Counted from the stretch's first letter, positions 33,056 through 44,491 are shown. The stretch: 64,000 bases of DNA from an uncultured Gemmatimonadaceae bacterium (GCA_963751275.1 CAVVTZ010000009.1:160001-224000); one strand, 5' to 3'. Notes: generated by a model not told the origin, from the sequence alone. Numbers and translations are program-made.

Positions 33056-34152
33056 GCCGGAAGGCGAGCACCGCGCCCGACATCCGGGCCGCGACTTCCG
33101 CGTACGAAGGGTGGCTCGGCAAGCGCATCCCGCTCATCGCCGCCGACCTCTCGCGGAAGCACGCCCTGATGCGCGCCGACCGCCTCACCTTCCTGCGTGC
33201 GACGTACTATCGCTGGGCGCAGCGCTGGCCCGAGGTGTGCGCCACGGAGGTGAGCGCGCCGCGCATTCTCGCGGTGGGAGATCTGCACGTGGACAATTTC
33301 GGCACCTGGCGCGATGCCGAGGGGCGGCTCGTGTGGGGGGTGAACGACCTCGATGAAGCATGGCGCCTGCCGTACACGAACGATCTCGTGCGGCTCACCG
33401 TATCGGCGCGGATGGCGGTGGAGGAGCACAGCCTGAACCTCGATGCCGACACCGCCGCGGACACGATCCTCGACGGTTATCGCGAGGGACTCGAAGGACC
33501 GGCCGTGCCCTTCGTGCTCGCCGAGGCGCACCCCGCGCTGCACAAGATCGCCACGGCGCGCCTCAAGAGTCCCGAGACGTTCTGGGACAGACTGCGCGCA
33601 TCGCGCTTCGTGTCGCAGCCGGTGCCGGCGGCGGCGCTCATTGCATTGCGCCGCGCGATGCCGGACCACGAGATGCCCACGCGCATCATGCACCGCATCG
33701 CGGGTGTGGGATCGCTGGGCCGCCCACGCTATGTGGCGGTGAAGGAATGGCACGGCGGCCTCGTGGCGCGCGAGGCGAAGCCGATCATCGCGTCGGCGGC
33801 CGCATGGGCCGCCGGGCACAGTGCGAGCGTGTCGGCGCTGTACGCCGCGCTGCTCGAGATCGCGGTGCGCTGCCCCGACCCGTTCGTCTTCCCCATGGGC
33901 CGCTGGCTCGTGCGGCGCCTCGCACCCGACTGTTCGCGGATCGACCTCGACGCGCTGCCCCGCGAGCGCGACGAAGCGCGCCTCATGCACGCGATGGGAC
34001 GCGAGACCGCGAACGTGCATCTCGGGTCGCTCCCGGCGAAGCGGCTCGCGGCGGACCTGCGGAAGCGGCCGAAGGGCTGGCTGCGCAAGGCGGCCAACCG
34101 CATGACGCTCGAGATCGAACGGGACTGGAAGGAGTGGCGCAAAGGGCGGTAG
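33052..34152 (+). CDS. DUF2252 family protein
   Basis: FLRATYYRW, GDLHVDNFG, NDLDEA, AGVGSLG. Confidence 0.85.
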   Translation: MSRKASTAPDIRAATSAYEGWLGKRIPLIAADLSRKHALMRADRLTFLRATYYRWAQRWPEVCATEVSAPRILAVGDLHVDNFGTWRDAEGRLVWGVNDLDEAWRLPYTNDLVRLTVSARMAVEEHSLNLDADTAADTILDGYREGLEGPAVPFVLAEAHPALHKIATARLKSPETFWDRLRASRFVSQPVPAAALIALRRAMPDHEMPTRIMHRIAGVGSLGRPRYVAVKEWHGGLVAREAKPIIASAAAWAAGHSASVSALYAALLEIAVRCPDPFVFPMGRWLVRRLAPDCSRIDLDALPRERDEARLMHAMGRETANVHLGSLPAKRLAADLRKRPKGWLRKAANRMTLEIERDWKEWRKGR

Positions 34153-34191
34153 ATTCGCCGAGTCCCACCCTGACCGCAGAGCGAGGCCACA

Positions 34192-34734
34192 ATGCCACCC
34201 GACGCGCGCGCGCCGATCACCGTCCGCTTCATGTTCACGCTCGACGAACTCGCCGAGGTCGCCGAGCGGGGCGTGACGAGCCGTCCATCGCACCACCGCC
34301 GCCGGCTCAACAGCGCGATTTTGGTGGGCCTCGCCGCCGCCGGTGGCGCCTATCTCGCGACCGCCACGCGGCCGGGCTCGGGCATGATCTACATCCTCGC
34401 GGCGTTCGTGATCGCCACCGGCGCGGTCTACTTCCTGGTGCCGCTGATGTACCGCCCCCGGATCATGGAGCTCCTCCGCGAGCGCGTGCCGGGCGACGGC
34501 CCCTTCGAGTGCGTCGTCACGCTCGATGCCTCGGGCGTCACCTTCAAGCAGCTTGGCATGACCATCATCCGCGAGTGGCCGGCAATGAAGGCCGTTGCCG
34601 AGGGCAAGAACGGCATCGAACTCCTCGGCCGCGATGGCAGCATCTCCCTCGTCCGCGAGCGCGCCTTCGGGACTGCTCGCGACCGAGCGGATTTCATTGC
34701 GTATGCGCGGGAGATGCTCGCACCGGCTCGCTGA
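34192..34734 (+). CDS. YcxB-like membrane protein
   Basis: Two TMs then beta domain with REW...ERAF. Confidence 0.6.
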   Translation: MPPDARAPITVRFMFTLDELAEVAERGVTSRPSHHRRRLNSAILVGLAAAGGAYLATATRPGSGMIYILAAFVIATGAVYFLVPLMYRPRIMELLRERVPGDGPFECVVTLDASGVTFKQLGMTIIREWPAMKAVAEGKNGIELLGRDGSISLVRERAFGTARDRADFIAYAREMLAPAR

Positions 34735-34764
34735 AGACCGCGGAGCGCGGTGCAGGGGTCACTA

Positions 34765-34968
34765 CAACTGCTTGTACGCGGATTCCGCGGAATCCGCGGA
34801 TCACGCGGAAGGCCCTGCGAGGCGACGGAGCCCCTCGCGCCGAGTCGCTGCCGTGTCTTTGTTGTTAACCACAGGAACACAGCCTCGATCAAGCGTGAGG
34901 AGCTTTCATCGCGCTCCGAGCGATCCGCGTGATCCGCGGATTCCGCGGAATCCGCGTGCAAGCAGTTG
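34765..34968. repeat. Dyad element B: 45-bp arms with 4x 9-bp CGCGGA units, central GTTAAC
   Basis: Arms 34765-34809 and 34924-34968, 1 mismatch; GTTAAC 34864-34869 at exact centre. Confidence 0.95.
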
Positions 34969-35002
34969 CGGTGGATCTGAGTATCCTCGTGATGCCAGAA
35001 TG

Positions 35003-35035
35003 AAAAAAGCGGCGGGCGATGATCTCGCCCGCCGC
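35003..35035 (-). terminator. Rho-independent terminator of LVIVD gene
   Basis: gcggcgggcga/tcgcccgccgc stem followed by T6 on the minus strand. Confidence 0.75.
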
Positions 35036-35060
35036 CTTGCTGTTGCCCAACGCCCAGTCC

Positions 35061-37068
35061 CTACATTGTCTCCTTGCCGAGCATCTTCACGACGCCGGCC
35101 AGCACGCCGACCTTCGCGGGATCGCCGGCGCCCTTCTCGTCGGCATCGAGCGACGCCGCGAGCTTGTTCAGTTCGTCGTTGCGAGCCGCAGCCGACGCCT
35201 TCTCGGCGCGGCCGAGCGCCTCACGCGCGTCCTTGATCTTGCCGCTCGCCAGACCGTCCATGCGCTCGAGCTGGTCGAGGTACGCACGCGCCAGCACGAA
35301 CGTCGCCGGCCACACGAGCTTCGGCTGACCCTGCGTGTTGAGGTAGTCGAAGTGCACCGTCTTCGCCGCCGCGATCTCGTTCGCCGAGAGATACGGGCTC
35401 GGCGTCAGCTCGAAGATGTCGAGACCGCGCGCGATCTCGGAGCTGACGATGTAGCCGTTGTACCAGTACGCCGACCACGACTCCGCCCATCGCCATGCGC
35501 GGTCGAGTCGACCGGGCCGCGGTCGAAGAAGGCGATCTCCTTCGGGTGCGCCGGCGTCGGTCCAGTCGAACACCGAGATGCCGCCCTGGTACCACGCCTG
35601 CACCATGACGTCGCGCCCGGGGATCGGGATCAGCGACGCCGTTGTGCGCCACGCAGTTCTCCTGCGCCGTCTGCGGCGCCGGCATCTTGTAGTAGCCCTG
35701 GAACACCATCTTGCCGTCCTCGATCGTGAAGATCGCGTCGGCGCCCCAGTCCTTCGGGTCCGTCGCGCGGCACTTCGGCGCGCCGCCGCCGCCCCACTCG
35801 TCGGAGAAGAGGATCTTCGGTGCCGTCGTTGTTGAACGTCGCCGAGTGCCAGTAGCGAGAAGTTCGAGTCGGCCACCGCGTCGAGGCGCGTCGGGTGCGC
35901 CGGGTCGCGGATGTCGAGCAGCAGGCCGTAGCCCTCGCACGCGCCGCCCGCCAGCCCGATCGCCGGATAGACCGTGATGTCGTGGCACTGCGTCGGGCCG
36001 GGACGCGGGCGTGGCCCGGCGTGACCGGCGTAATCGCCGCATCTGTCATGATCGCCTGTAGGTGCGCCGCGCAGCGCCGCGCTGTCGGCCGCCGTCGGCG
36101 CGCCCGTGCCGCCGCGCGCCTTCACGACGCTGTCGAGCATCGGATCGACGAACTGCGGCGAGGAGCACGACGCTGCGGCCGAGCACGTCCACCATGAAGC
36201 GCGCCCTTCGCGCGCGCCGAGTCGGCCGCGCCTTGTTCGCGGCGGCGATGTCCTGCGCGCGCCTCGCCGTGCGCCGGCGGCGCTGGCTCAGATCGTCGAA
36301 GATCCGCGGCGAGCTGACGATCGCGGCCTGCTCCGGATGCGCGAGCGGCACCTTGATCACCTCGATGCGGAACAGCGCCGAGTTCGGATCCTGGTCGGGC
36401 GCCGCGCTCGAGCAGCCCGCGCAGCTCGTTCGGCGAGCGCACGCCGCGCCGAGCCCGAGATGTAGATGTAGACGTTGTCCGGGTCCTTCGGATCGATCGA
36501 GCACCGTGTGCGTGTGCGAGCCGCGGCAGGTCTGCACGTTGGCGACGTACTTCGGATGCGCGATGTCGCTGATGTCGAAGATGCGGATACCGCGCATACG
36601 CTCCTGGCTCACCGTGTCCTTGCACGCCTTCGGTGCCGCAGTCGAGGCGGCCGGTGGTCGCTTCCCGGACACGAACAGCAGGTTCTTGTAGACCGACACG
36701 TCGCTCTGCGACGCCGGACAGACGTAACGCGACCTTGAGCGTCGGGCTTGCTCGGGGTTGGAGATGTCCCAGATCTGGATAGCCGCAGTAGTTGCCCTGG
36801 ATCACGTAGTTGCCGAGGAAGGCGAGGTCGGAGTTGCGTCTGCCCCGACGAACTTCTCGGAGGGCCGGCGTATTCGAGACCAGCCGCATGTTCCACGCCG
36901 CCTCGCCGGCGTCCCACAGGCCGGCCTTGAGGCCGACGCGCGGATCGGGGCTGCGGCGCCGACGACGTTGCAAGCTCTGCGATGCCGGGTGCTGTGCGAT
37001 GCGGCCGCGGAGCATGCAGGGCGGCGGCGAGCACTGAGCGAGCGGCGCGAGTGATGCGGGAATGCCAT
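35061..37068 (-). CDS. Secreted LVIVD-repeat protein (many frameshifts)
   Basis: Fragments DPRVGLKAG, NSDLAF, VQTCRGSHTHT, QCHDITVYP, ENCVAHNG, WSAYWYNG across frames. Confidence 0.8.
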
Positions 37069-37082
37069 GGTTGCGCGATCCT

Positions 37083-37763
37083 CTACGGAGCGGTGGGGGG
37101 AAGGGCGGCGAGCATCTGTTCATGCGGGCGATCTCGGTGGTCTGATCGACCTGCACGTCGTTCGCGAACTTGAAGACGAGTTCGTCCTCGCCGGCGCCGT
37201 CGGTGCGCGAAGAGCTCGTTGACCATCTGCACGGCACCCGTGTGGTGCTGGATCATGTCGGTGAGGAAGAGCCGGTCGAACTCGGTGCCGCGCGCGGCGT
37301 CGAGCTGCCTTCATCTGCGCGGCGGTGAGCATGCCGGGCATGAGCATGGTCATGCTCCATGCCGTCCATCATCATCTTCATGCCGTTCGGGATCGGCGTC
37401 GGGCACCGGCTAGCTGCCGGTCGATGCAGCCACTGCTGCATGAGTGACGATCTCGTCGGTCTGCGCATTGATGATGCGCGCGGCGAGGGTCTGGATGGAC
37501 GGGCTCGCGCCGTGCGTCGGCGCCCACTTGGCCATGACGACGGCCTGCGCGTGGTGGCCGATCATCCCCTGCATGAAGTGGACGTCCGCCTCGACGTACG
37601 GATGGCGGAGGCTGTCGGCCTTGGCCTTGGCGATCGCCGCGGCATCGGGTTGGACGACACCGGGCTGGACGTTCCCCGGCGCGACGTTCTGCGCCGCGGC
37701 CGAGAAGGCGAGCGAACCCGCCGCGATCGCGGCGAGGACGGTGCGGATACGTGGGGTCATCAT
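37083..37763 (-). CDS. DUF305 domain protein (frameshifted)
   Basis: ADVHFMQGMIGHHAQAVVMA, MPGMLT, DQTTEIARM. Confidence 0.85.
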
Positions 37764-38073
37764 GAGCCTGATTCTCCAGCGGGGCGGCGTTCACGCGCCC
37801 TTGGTTGTGACGGTGAGACGAGCCCTTGAGTTTGCAGCGCGGACGCGCCCAATGCAACCCGGGCATCGGGTCGATTAATACGCTCGGCGCGGCGGGTTCG
37901 TTGGGGGTTCAGGCGCGCAACACGAACTAACTGCTTTGCACGGGATCGCGGAACAGGATGCACGGAATTGACCAGTGATGGACTGCGCCGGCGCCAGGTC
38001 GCGGTCATCTTGTCAATCAACCGATCACAGCCTGACTGGTCATGGAGCACTTCGCCTCAAGGAGCAGTTAGCG

Positions 38074-40353
38074 TCATTCGTGGTTCGCTGCCCCGCGCGC
38101 AGAGACCGAGCGACGATCACAGAGCTTCATCTTCGCGACCAGCGCCTCGAATCGCTTCATGCCGCGCAGTCCGTCGAGGATCGGGTTCACGCGAAGGTAG
38201 GCCATGAAGCCGCGGCGGTCATCGTAGGAGCGCTCGAGCCAGTCGAGCGTCTCGTCCCAGTTCTCCAGTCCCAGGTGCGCGGTCGCGAAGGCCACCGGCG
38301 ACACGTAGTCGTGCTCGGCGAGCTCGTGCAGCTGCTCGAGCTCCAACTCGGCTTCGCGGCGGCGGCCCGCGCGCGCGAGCACGTACGCGAGCGTCGCCCG
38401 GTTGTACGTGCCGCCCTTCGACAGCGCGCACGCCTCGCGCGCGTCACGCTCCGCGCGCGCGTGATCGCCGAGCATGGCGTGGCAGAGCGCGGCCACGCGA
38501 TAGGTCTCGTCGGCCTCGGGGTTCATCGCGATCGCGCGCTCGAGCCGCGGGCGTCCCTCCGCATAGCGCCGCGCGTAGTAGTAGATCCACCCCATCGTGC
38601 GCCGCATCGACACCGACGCGGGGTCCAGCTCCACCGCGCGCTGCGCTTCCGCGATCGCTTCATCGTGCCGCCCGCGCGACGTGAGCCAGAACGAGTACCA
38701 CTGGTGCGCCGTGGCGTAGCCCGGGTCCAACTCCATCGCGCGCGCGAATTCCCGCCGCGACTCCTCCCAGTTCCAGTCGTAGACGAACAGGCTCCACGCG
38801 AGCGACGCGTGCGCCTCCGCGACGGTGTCGTCCAGCGCCAGTGATTTGCGCGCGTACTCTTCGGCCAGCGCGAAGCCTTCCTGCACCGGCACGTTGCGGT
38901 AGTCGATCTGCAGCGAGTACGAATCGGCGAGGCCCGTGTACGCCTGCGCGTACTTCGGGTCGAGCGCGATCGCCTGCTCGAAATAGCGGATCGCCTCGGT
39001 GACGCCCTCCTGCGTGCGCTTGTTCCAGGCGTAGCGGCCCTTGAGATAGAGCCCGTACGCCTCGACGTTCGCGGTGCGGGGGGTCCAGGGCGGCTCGGCG
39101 AGCTGCACGAAGGTGAGCGCGCGCAGCGTTTCCACGATCGTGCGCGCCAGCTCTTCCTGGATGGCGAAGACATCCTCGAGCGTGCGGTCGTACCGTTCCG
39201 ACCAGACGACGCGGCCGTCGTCGGTGGTGGTGAGCTGCGCCGTCACGCGCAGCCGCTGGCCGGCGCGGCGCACCGTGCCCTCGAGCACCCACGCCGCGTC
39301 GAACTGCGCGCCGATCGCGCGCACGTCCTGCGGCTTCCCCTTGAGCGCGAACACCGAGGTGCGCGACGCGACGCGCAGGCCGTGCACCTTGGCGAGCGCG
39401 TCGATCAGTTCATCGGTGATCCCATCGCTCAGGTATTCCGTGTCCGGCTCGGGGCTCGCATTCACGAACGGGAGCACCACGATGCCGCGTCCCGCGCGCG
39501 GCTCCGCGGGCGCGTCGGTGCCGTCGCTCTGGAGCGCCGAGACGAACTCGATGATCGACGGGTAGCGCTCGTCGGGATCCTTCGCGAGCGCGCGCGTGAG
39601 GGCGCGCTCGACGCGCGTGGGCACCTCGGGGCGCATGGTGCGCACGGGACGGGGCGTCTCGGTCACCTGCTTCGCCATCGTCGAGCGCGACCCTGATCCG
39701 CGGAGCGGCGGCTCTCCGGCGAGCATCTCGTACGCGACGCAGGCGAGACTGTAGGTGTCGGTGGAGAAGGTGGCGTCGTCGTCGCCTGCCGCCTGCTCGG
39801 GGCTCATGTATTCCGGGGTGCCGAGCACCATGCCGGATTCCGTGATGATCTCCGGCGCCGCGTCACAGCAGACGCGCGCGATGCCGAAATCGGAGAGCAC
39901 CGCGTGGCCGTCGGCGAAGAGGATGTTCTCCGGCTTCACATCGCGGTGGATGTAGCCTTCGCGGTGCGCGTAATCGAGCGCCGAGCCGATGTCGCGCACG
40001 ATGCGCAGCACCTCGGCGAGCGGCATGCGGCCGCTCTGCTGGATGCGCTGGCGCAGCGACCCCTCGCGCACGTACGGGCTCACGTAGTAGAGGAAGCCAT
40101 CGGCCTCGCCCGAGTCGTACAGCGGCAGGATGTGCGGGTGCGCGAGCCGCGCCGCGATCTCGATCTCCTGCAGGAACCGCTCGGCGCCGAGCGCCGCCGC
40201 GAGCTCGGGGCGCAACACTTTCACCGCGACCTTGCGATGATGCTTGAGGTCGTCGGCCAGATAGACCGTAGCCATCCCCCCACTCCCCAGTTCGCCGGAG
40301 ATGGCGTACCGGGGAGAGAGCGCGGATTGCAGGGCGCCGAGCGGAGCCGTCAT
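38074..40353 (-). CDS. Ser/Thr protein kinase with TolB-like and TPR domains
   Basis: GSGGMATV, VAVK, HRDVKPEN, DFG, GTPEYMSPE; VLPFVN...YLSDGITDELI; TPRs; no TM seen. Confidence 0.93.
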   Translation of the reverse strand: MTAPLGALQSALSPRYAISGELGSGGMATVYLADDLKHHRKVAVKVLRPELAAALGAERFLQEIEIAARLAHPHILPLYDSGEADGFLYYVSPYVREGSLRQRIQQSGRMPLAEVLRIVRDIGSALDYAHREGYIHRDVKPENILFADGHAVLSDFGIARVCCDAAPEIITESGMVLGTPEYMSPEQAAGDDDATFSTDTYSLACVAYEMLAGEPPLRGSGSRSTMAKQVTETPRPVRTMRPEVPTRVERALTRALAKDPDERYPSIIEFVSALQSDGTDAPAEPRAGRGIVVLPFVNASPEPDTEYLSDGITDELIDALAKVHGLRVASRTSVFALKGKPQDVRAIGAQFDAAWVLEGTVRRAGQRLRVTAQLTTTDDGRVVWSERYDRTLEDVFAIQEELARTIVETLRALTFVQLAEPPWTPRTANVEAYGLYLKGRYAWNKRTQEGVTEAIRYFEQAIALDPKYAQAYTGLADSYSLQIDYRNVPVQEGFALAEEYARKSLALDDTVAEAHASLAWSLFVYDWNWEESRREFARAMELDPGYATAHQWYSFWLTSRGRHDEAIAEAQRAVELDPASVSMRRTMGWIYYYARRYAEGRPRLERAIAMNPEADETYRVAALCHAMLGDHARAERDAREACALSKGGTYNRATLAYVLARAGRRREAELELEQLHELAEHDYVSPVAFATAHLGLENWDETLDWLERSYDDRRGFMAYLRVNPILDGLRGMKRFEALVAKMKLCDRRSVSARGAANHE

Positions 40354-40404
40354 AAGGGAAATATCCCTGATTCCGGCGCGCGGGGCCACTGACCGAAGTG
40401 TGCG

Positions 40405-40634
40405 GTTGTCGTTAACAAGGAAATCGGATCTTCATCCACGCCCTCGGAGCCATTCGGTTGCAAGGTCCCTTCCGCGTACTCCGCGCATTCCGCGTGATCC
40501 GCGTGGAAGCAGTTGTAGTTAGAGAACGACAACTGCTTCCACGCGGAACGCGCGGAATGCGCGGAGTGCGCGGAATGCTCAGGGCGCGCGGATGGCGCCG
40601 CGAGTGTCAGCCGGGTCATTCACTTGTGGTTAAC
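40405..40634. repeat. Inside-out dyad element E (core-arm-arm-core)
   Basis: GTTAAC at 40411-16 and 40629-34 flank back-to-back arms 40471-40515 and 40530-40574; symmetric about 40522.5. Confidence 0.9.
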
Positions 40635-40687
40635 TGCAAGAACGGGAAGATTCGATAGGACATACTTACACCGGGAGACCGCATCAC

Positions 40688-41479
40688 GTGATCACTCGCC
40701 TCGGACTCCGCACCGCTGCCGTTCTTGCCGGGCTCTCGATCGCCGCCGCATCCCGTGCGCAGGGCGCGCCAGCCACCGGGATCGCGCTCTTCGAGCAGAT
40801 GCGCCAGGCCTATCAGGGGAAGTGGTACTCCACGGTCACGTTCGTGCAGAAGACCACCACGAAGCGCGCCGACGGCTCCGATTCCGTCGCCACCTGGTAC
40901 GAGAGCCTGCGCTACACCCAGCCGCGTGGCTCGCAGCTCCGCATCGACTTCGGCCCGCCCGCGCTGGGCAACGGCGTGCTCTATACCGCGGATTCGCTCT
41001 GGGTGATGAAGGCCGGCCAGCTCGCCGCGACGCGCGGGCACGGCAATGCGCTCCTGCCGCTGATCGATGGCGTGTACATGCAGCCGGCGGCGCGCACCGG
41101 CGCGGAGCTCGCCTCCACGGGCGTGGACCTCACGCGCAGGCCGGTGCTCGCGCAGTGGGAAGGGAAGACCGTGTGGATCATCGGCGTGGCCTCGGCGGCC
41201 GACACTGTGTCGCCGCGATTCGTCGTCGACTCGGCGACGCTCAACGTCGTGCGCGCGGTGTTCAGCCTCTCGCCGGGACGCGAGATCGATGCGCGGTTCA
41301 AGGACCTCGTGCGCGTGGGCGGCGGCTGGCTCGCCGTACGCTGTGAGTTCTACGAGCATGGCACGCTCGCGACCACCGAGGAATATTCCGACTGGAAGGG
41401 GAACGTCGAGCTGCCCGCATCGCTCTTCGACATCACCCAATGGAGCGCGGGCCCGCACTGGGCGGCGCCCGCGAAGTGA
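40688..41479 (+). CDS. Secreted hypothetical protein (possible LolA-like fold)
   Basis: Signal peptide; TFVQKT...WYE...LRID...EEYSDWK...LPASLFD. Confidence 0.7.
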   Translation: MITRLGLRTAAVLAGLSIAAASRAQGAPATGIALFEQMRQAYQGKWYSTVTFVQKTTTKRADGSDSVATWYESLRYTQPRGSQLRIDFGPPALGNGVLYTADSLWVMKAGQLAATRGHGNALLPLIDGVYMQPAARTGAELASTGVDLTRRPVLAQWEGKTVWIIGVASAADTVSPRFVVDSATLNVVRAVFSLSPGREIDARFKDLVRVGGGWLAVRCEFYEHGTLATTEEYSDWKGNVELPASLFDITQWSAGPHWAAPAK

Positions 41480-41483
41480 ACCC

Positions 41484-41927
41484 ATGTCGCCTGAGCCGAT
41501 CACCTTCCATCGCGCCACGCCGATCGTGCGCGTCCGCGATCTGGCCGTCAGCGTCGAGCACTACGCCACGGCTCTCGGATTCACGGTCGATTGGCACGAC
41601 CGCGGCATCATGGCGGGCGTGAGCCGCGAGAAATGCCACCTCATGCTCTGCGAAGGCGACCAGGGGCATTTCGGCAGCTGGGTGTGGATCGGCGTGAGCG
41701 ATGCCGTGGCGCTCGAGAAGGAACTGCGCGGCCGGGGCGCGAAGATCCGGCATCCGGCTACCAACTATCCTTGGGCGATCGAGGTGCAGGTGGAGGATCC
41801 CGACGGCAACGTGCTGCGCTTCGGCTCGGACGAAGATCCCGCGAAGCCGGCCGGCGAGTGGCTCGATGCCACCGGCGCACGCTGGGAGATGAAGGCCGGA
41901 GGAGGCTGGAAGCGCGTGGAGGAATGA
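41484..41927 (+). CDS. VOC/glyoxalase-bleomycin resistance family protein
   Basis: PIVRVRD...LGF...PW..EVQVEDPDGNVLRF. Confidence 0.85.
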   Translation: MSPEPITFHRATPIVRVRDLAVSVEHYATALGFTVDWHDRGIMAGVSREKCHLMLCEGDQGHFGSWVWIGVSDAVALEKELRGRGAKIRHPATNYPWAIEVQVEDPDGNVLRFGSDEDPAKPAGEWLDATGARWEMKAGGGWKRVEE

Positions 41928-41928
41928 G

Positions 41929-42843
41929 TTGATCAAGGTCCTCGGCGAATCCGACGTTCGCGCTGCGCTCCGCTGGGAGGAACTCATACCGGCGATGGCG
42001 CGCGCGCTCGCCGATTTCTCCGCGGGGCGCGTGGTGCAGCCTACGCGCAGCTGGCTCACGCTCGAGGAAGGACAGCGCCACCTCGGCGTGATGCCTGCCG
42101 CCACCGATCGCGCGGCTGGACTGAAGTTCGTGAGCCTCTATCAGAAGAATGAGGGGACGCGCCTGCCCACGGTGATGGCCACCGTGCTGCTCGTGGACCC
42201 GCAGACGGGCGAGCCCGTGGCGCTCGTGGAGGGCACCTTCCTCACCGCGATGCGCACCGCCGCCGTCTCGGCGGCCGTCGCGGATGCGATCGCGCCACGC
42301 GATGCCGGCGTGCTCGCGATGCTCGGCAGCGGCGTGGAGGCGGGCACGCACCTCGAGGCGATGCGCAGCATCCGGACGATCCGCGACGTGCGCGTCTGGA
42401 GTCGTACGCCGGCGCACGCGGCGGCGTTCGCGAAGGCGCACGACGCGACGGCGATGAGCGCCGAGCAGGCCGTGCGGGGCGCGGACATCGTGGTGTGCGC
42501 GACCGCGACGCACACCGCGGTGCTCGAGGGGGCGTGGCTTAAGAGGGGCGCGTTCGTGGCCTCGATCGGCGCGCCGAGCCCCAAGTGGCGCGAGGTGGAC
42601 GACGCCGCGATGTCGAACGTCCTGGTGGTGGATTCGCGCGACGCGTCACTCGCTGAGGCCGGGGACGTGATCCAGACCGGCGCGCCGATCTACGCCGAGG
42701 TGGGGGAGATCCTCTCCGGGAAGATCGCGGTGCCCACGGGGCGCACCGTGATCTTCAAGTCCAACGGACTGGCGGTGGAGGATGTCGTCGCGGCGCAGAT
42801 GGTCGTGGAGCGTTCCTCGGGCCGCGTGCCTCGTGCCTCGTGA
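41929..42843 (+). CDS. Ornithine cyclodeaminase/mu-crystallin family protein
   Basis: LTAMRTAAVSA, GSGVEA, FKSNGLAVED. Confidence 0.9.
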   Translation: MIKVLGESDVRAALRWEELIPAMARALADFSAGRVVQPTRSWLTLEEGQRHLGVMPAATDRAAGLKFVSLYQKNEGTRLPTVMATVLLVDPQTGEPVALVEGTFLTAMRTAAVSAAVADAIAPRDAGVLAMLGSGVEAGTHLEAMRSIRTIRDVRVWSRTPAHAAAFAKAHDATAMSAEQAVRGADIVVCATATHTAVLEGAWLKRGAFVASIGAPSPKWREVDDAAMSNVLVVDSRDASLAEAGDVIQTGAPIYAEVGEILSGKIAVPTGRTVIFKSNGLAVEDVVAAQMVVERSSGRVPRAS

Positions 42844-42882
42844 CGGCGCGGCGAGGCACGAGGAACGCGGCCCGAGGAACGT

Positions 42883-43492
42883 TCACTGTCCCGTCGGCAT
42901 CATCGGCGTGTAGCTGACGAACCGCGACGCGATCATCGCGATCACGACGTAGAGGATGATCGCGCAGACGATGACGGCGATCGTGTAGCCCATTGCCTTG
43001 TCCTCCGGCACCTTCATCAGCACCGGCAGTCCGAGGTAGATGAGGTACAGGCTGTAGAGCCCGAGGATGCCGAGGATCCCGAGCATGGGGACGATCGCGA
43101 AGATGCCCGCGAGCCAGCCGGCCGTGCTCGCGTAGGCACACACCTTGAGCGCTTGCACCGTGTTCTTCTGGCCGCCGAAGGTCGGCGCGAGCCCATCGAC
43201 GATCAGCGCGAGCACGTACACGCTCACGAGGCCGAGCACATACCGCGCGATCGCTCCGGTGAGCAACGTCGTGAAGGGGATGTGCAGCGTGCCGACGATC
43301 GGGAGCGACAGCCCGAAGAGCGACATGCCGATGAGCGATGCCAGATCGGCGGGATCGCCGAGAGCGGGACGATGTAGCCCATATAGAGCGCTTGCACGCT
43401 GGTGCTCTCGCCGTCGATCACCGGCCATTCGGCACGCGGCTGCATGATGATGTTCTTGGCGCGCGCGATCAGGGCTCCCTGGGATCCGTCAT
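42883..43492 (-). CDS. Yip1 family membrane protein (frameshifted)
   Basis: LIARAKNIIMQPRAEWPVI...LAPTFGG...YSLYLIYLGLPVLMK. Confidence 0.85.
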
Positions 43493-43523
43493 CGGATGGT
43501 CCTCGTGGTTGGGGACAGTCGCG

Positions 43524-44390
43524 CTACTTCGCCGGCGCGGTGGGCTTGGGCATCTCCACCTTCGTATAGCCCGCCGGCACCTGGAAGACGCTCGCCGGGA
43601 TCGATCCCTTCTTCACGTTCGAGACGAGCATCGTCATGGAGCTGGTCCGCGCTTTGTCGCCCTCGCCGCTCGTGCTCGTGCTCACTTGCTTCAGCTGCAG
43701 GCCCGGCTTCACGTTGCGCGTATGCCTTGATGATCGCAGTGGTGAGCGGCGCCAATCATGCCGGTCGCTCCCTGTACCGCCTTGGCAAGATCGGGACGTC
43801 CGTTCGGGCTCATGATCGGGTCCAGGTCCGGTGCGACCCAAATGTCGGCCACCTCATGCGAGGCGCGTCTTCGTGTCATGGCCCAAGATGGATATGTCGA
43901 GGTGTAACTCTTCGTCAACTTGTAGCGGAGCGTGGAGTAGCCCTCGATCTTCTCGCCGGCGCCGAGCGCCTCCATGTCGACCTTCACGTCGACCTCGACC
44001 TTCAGTGACGCGACGCCGCCATGCGTCAGTTCTGAGCCGGCCGCTCCTCAGGTCAACTCGCCGAAGTCGAACTCCATGTACTGCTTCTTCGCCGGCGTCC
44101 ACGAAGATGGTCATGTGCGTGCCGCTATTCGAGATGAGTAGGTGCCCGTGCCCATGAGGCCGCCCGGCACCATCGACTTCGGCTGATGTCCAACCGCGCC
44201 ATGCCCTTCTCGAACTGTCCGTGGGCCGTCATGTACCGTGATCGTCGTGTCCCGGCCGGTCTTCCGGTCGGGGTGGGTGCTGGTGCTCGCTGAAGTCGTA
44301 GCTGAGGCCCTGCGCGGCGAGCGCGGACGCGCACGACAGGGCGAGAGCGAGTGCGGCGACGCGTGGAGCGCGATGGGACGGGATCCGCAT
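43524..44390 (-). CDS. Secreted DUF4412-like protein (many frameshifts)
   Basis: Signal peptide; GEKIEGYST; C-terminal SIPASVFQVPAGYTKV. Confidence 0.65.
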
Positions 44391-44491
44391 GAAGGTCTCC
44401 GGTTGGGGAGTTGGGCCGCCACTACAATACTGCCCCATGGCGCGTTCGGTTAGCGTGGCGGCTTCCGCCGGGATGCGCCATCTTTCGGAGC

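Noticed and set aside
34765..34968. Repeats as CRISPR arrays or integron attC sites
   Set aside because: No repeat-spacer series, cas gene or integrase; arms are inverted and periodic, and GTTAAC is central rather than forming RYYYAAC/GTTRRRY ends.
35061..37763. Heavily fragmented LVIVD/DUF305 genes (also 42883-44390) as decayed pseudogenes
   Set aside because: Motifs and codon bias are intact between indels, consistent with low-coverage consensus.
37927..38071. Possible degenerate AACTGC-terminated element
   Set aside because: Only short inverted matches (ctaactgct, tgaccagt) and no GTTAAC core; too weak to call.
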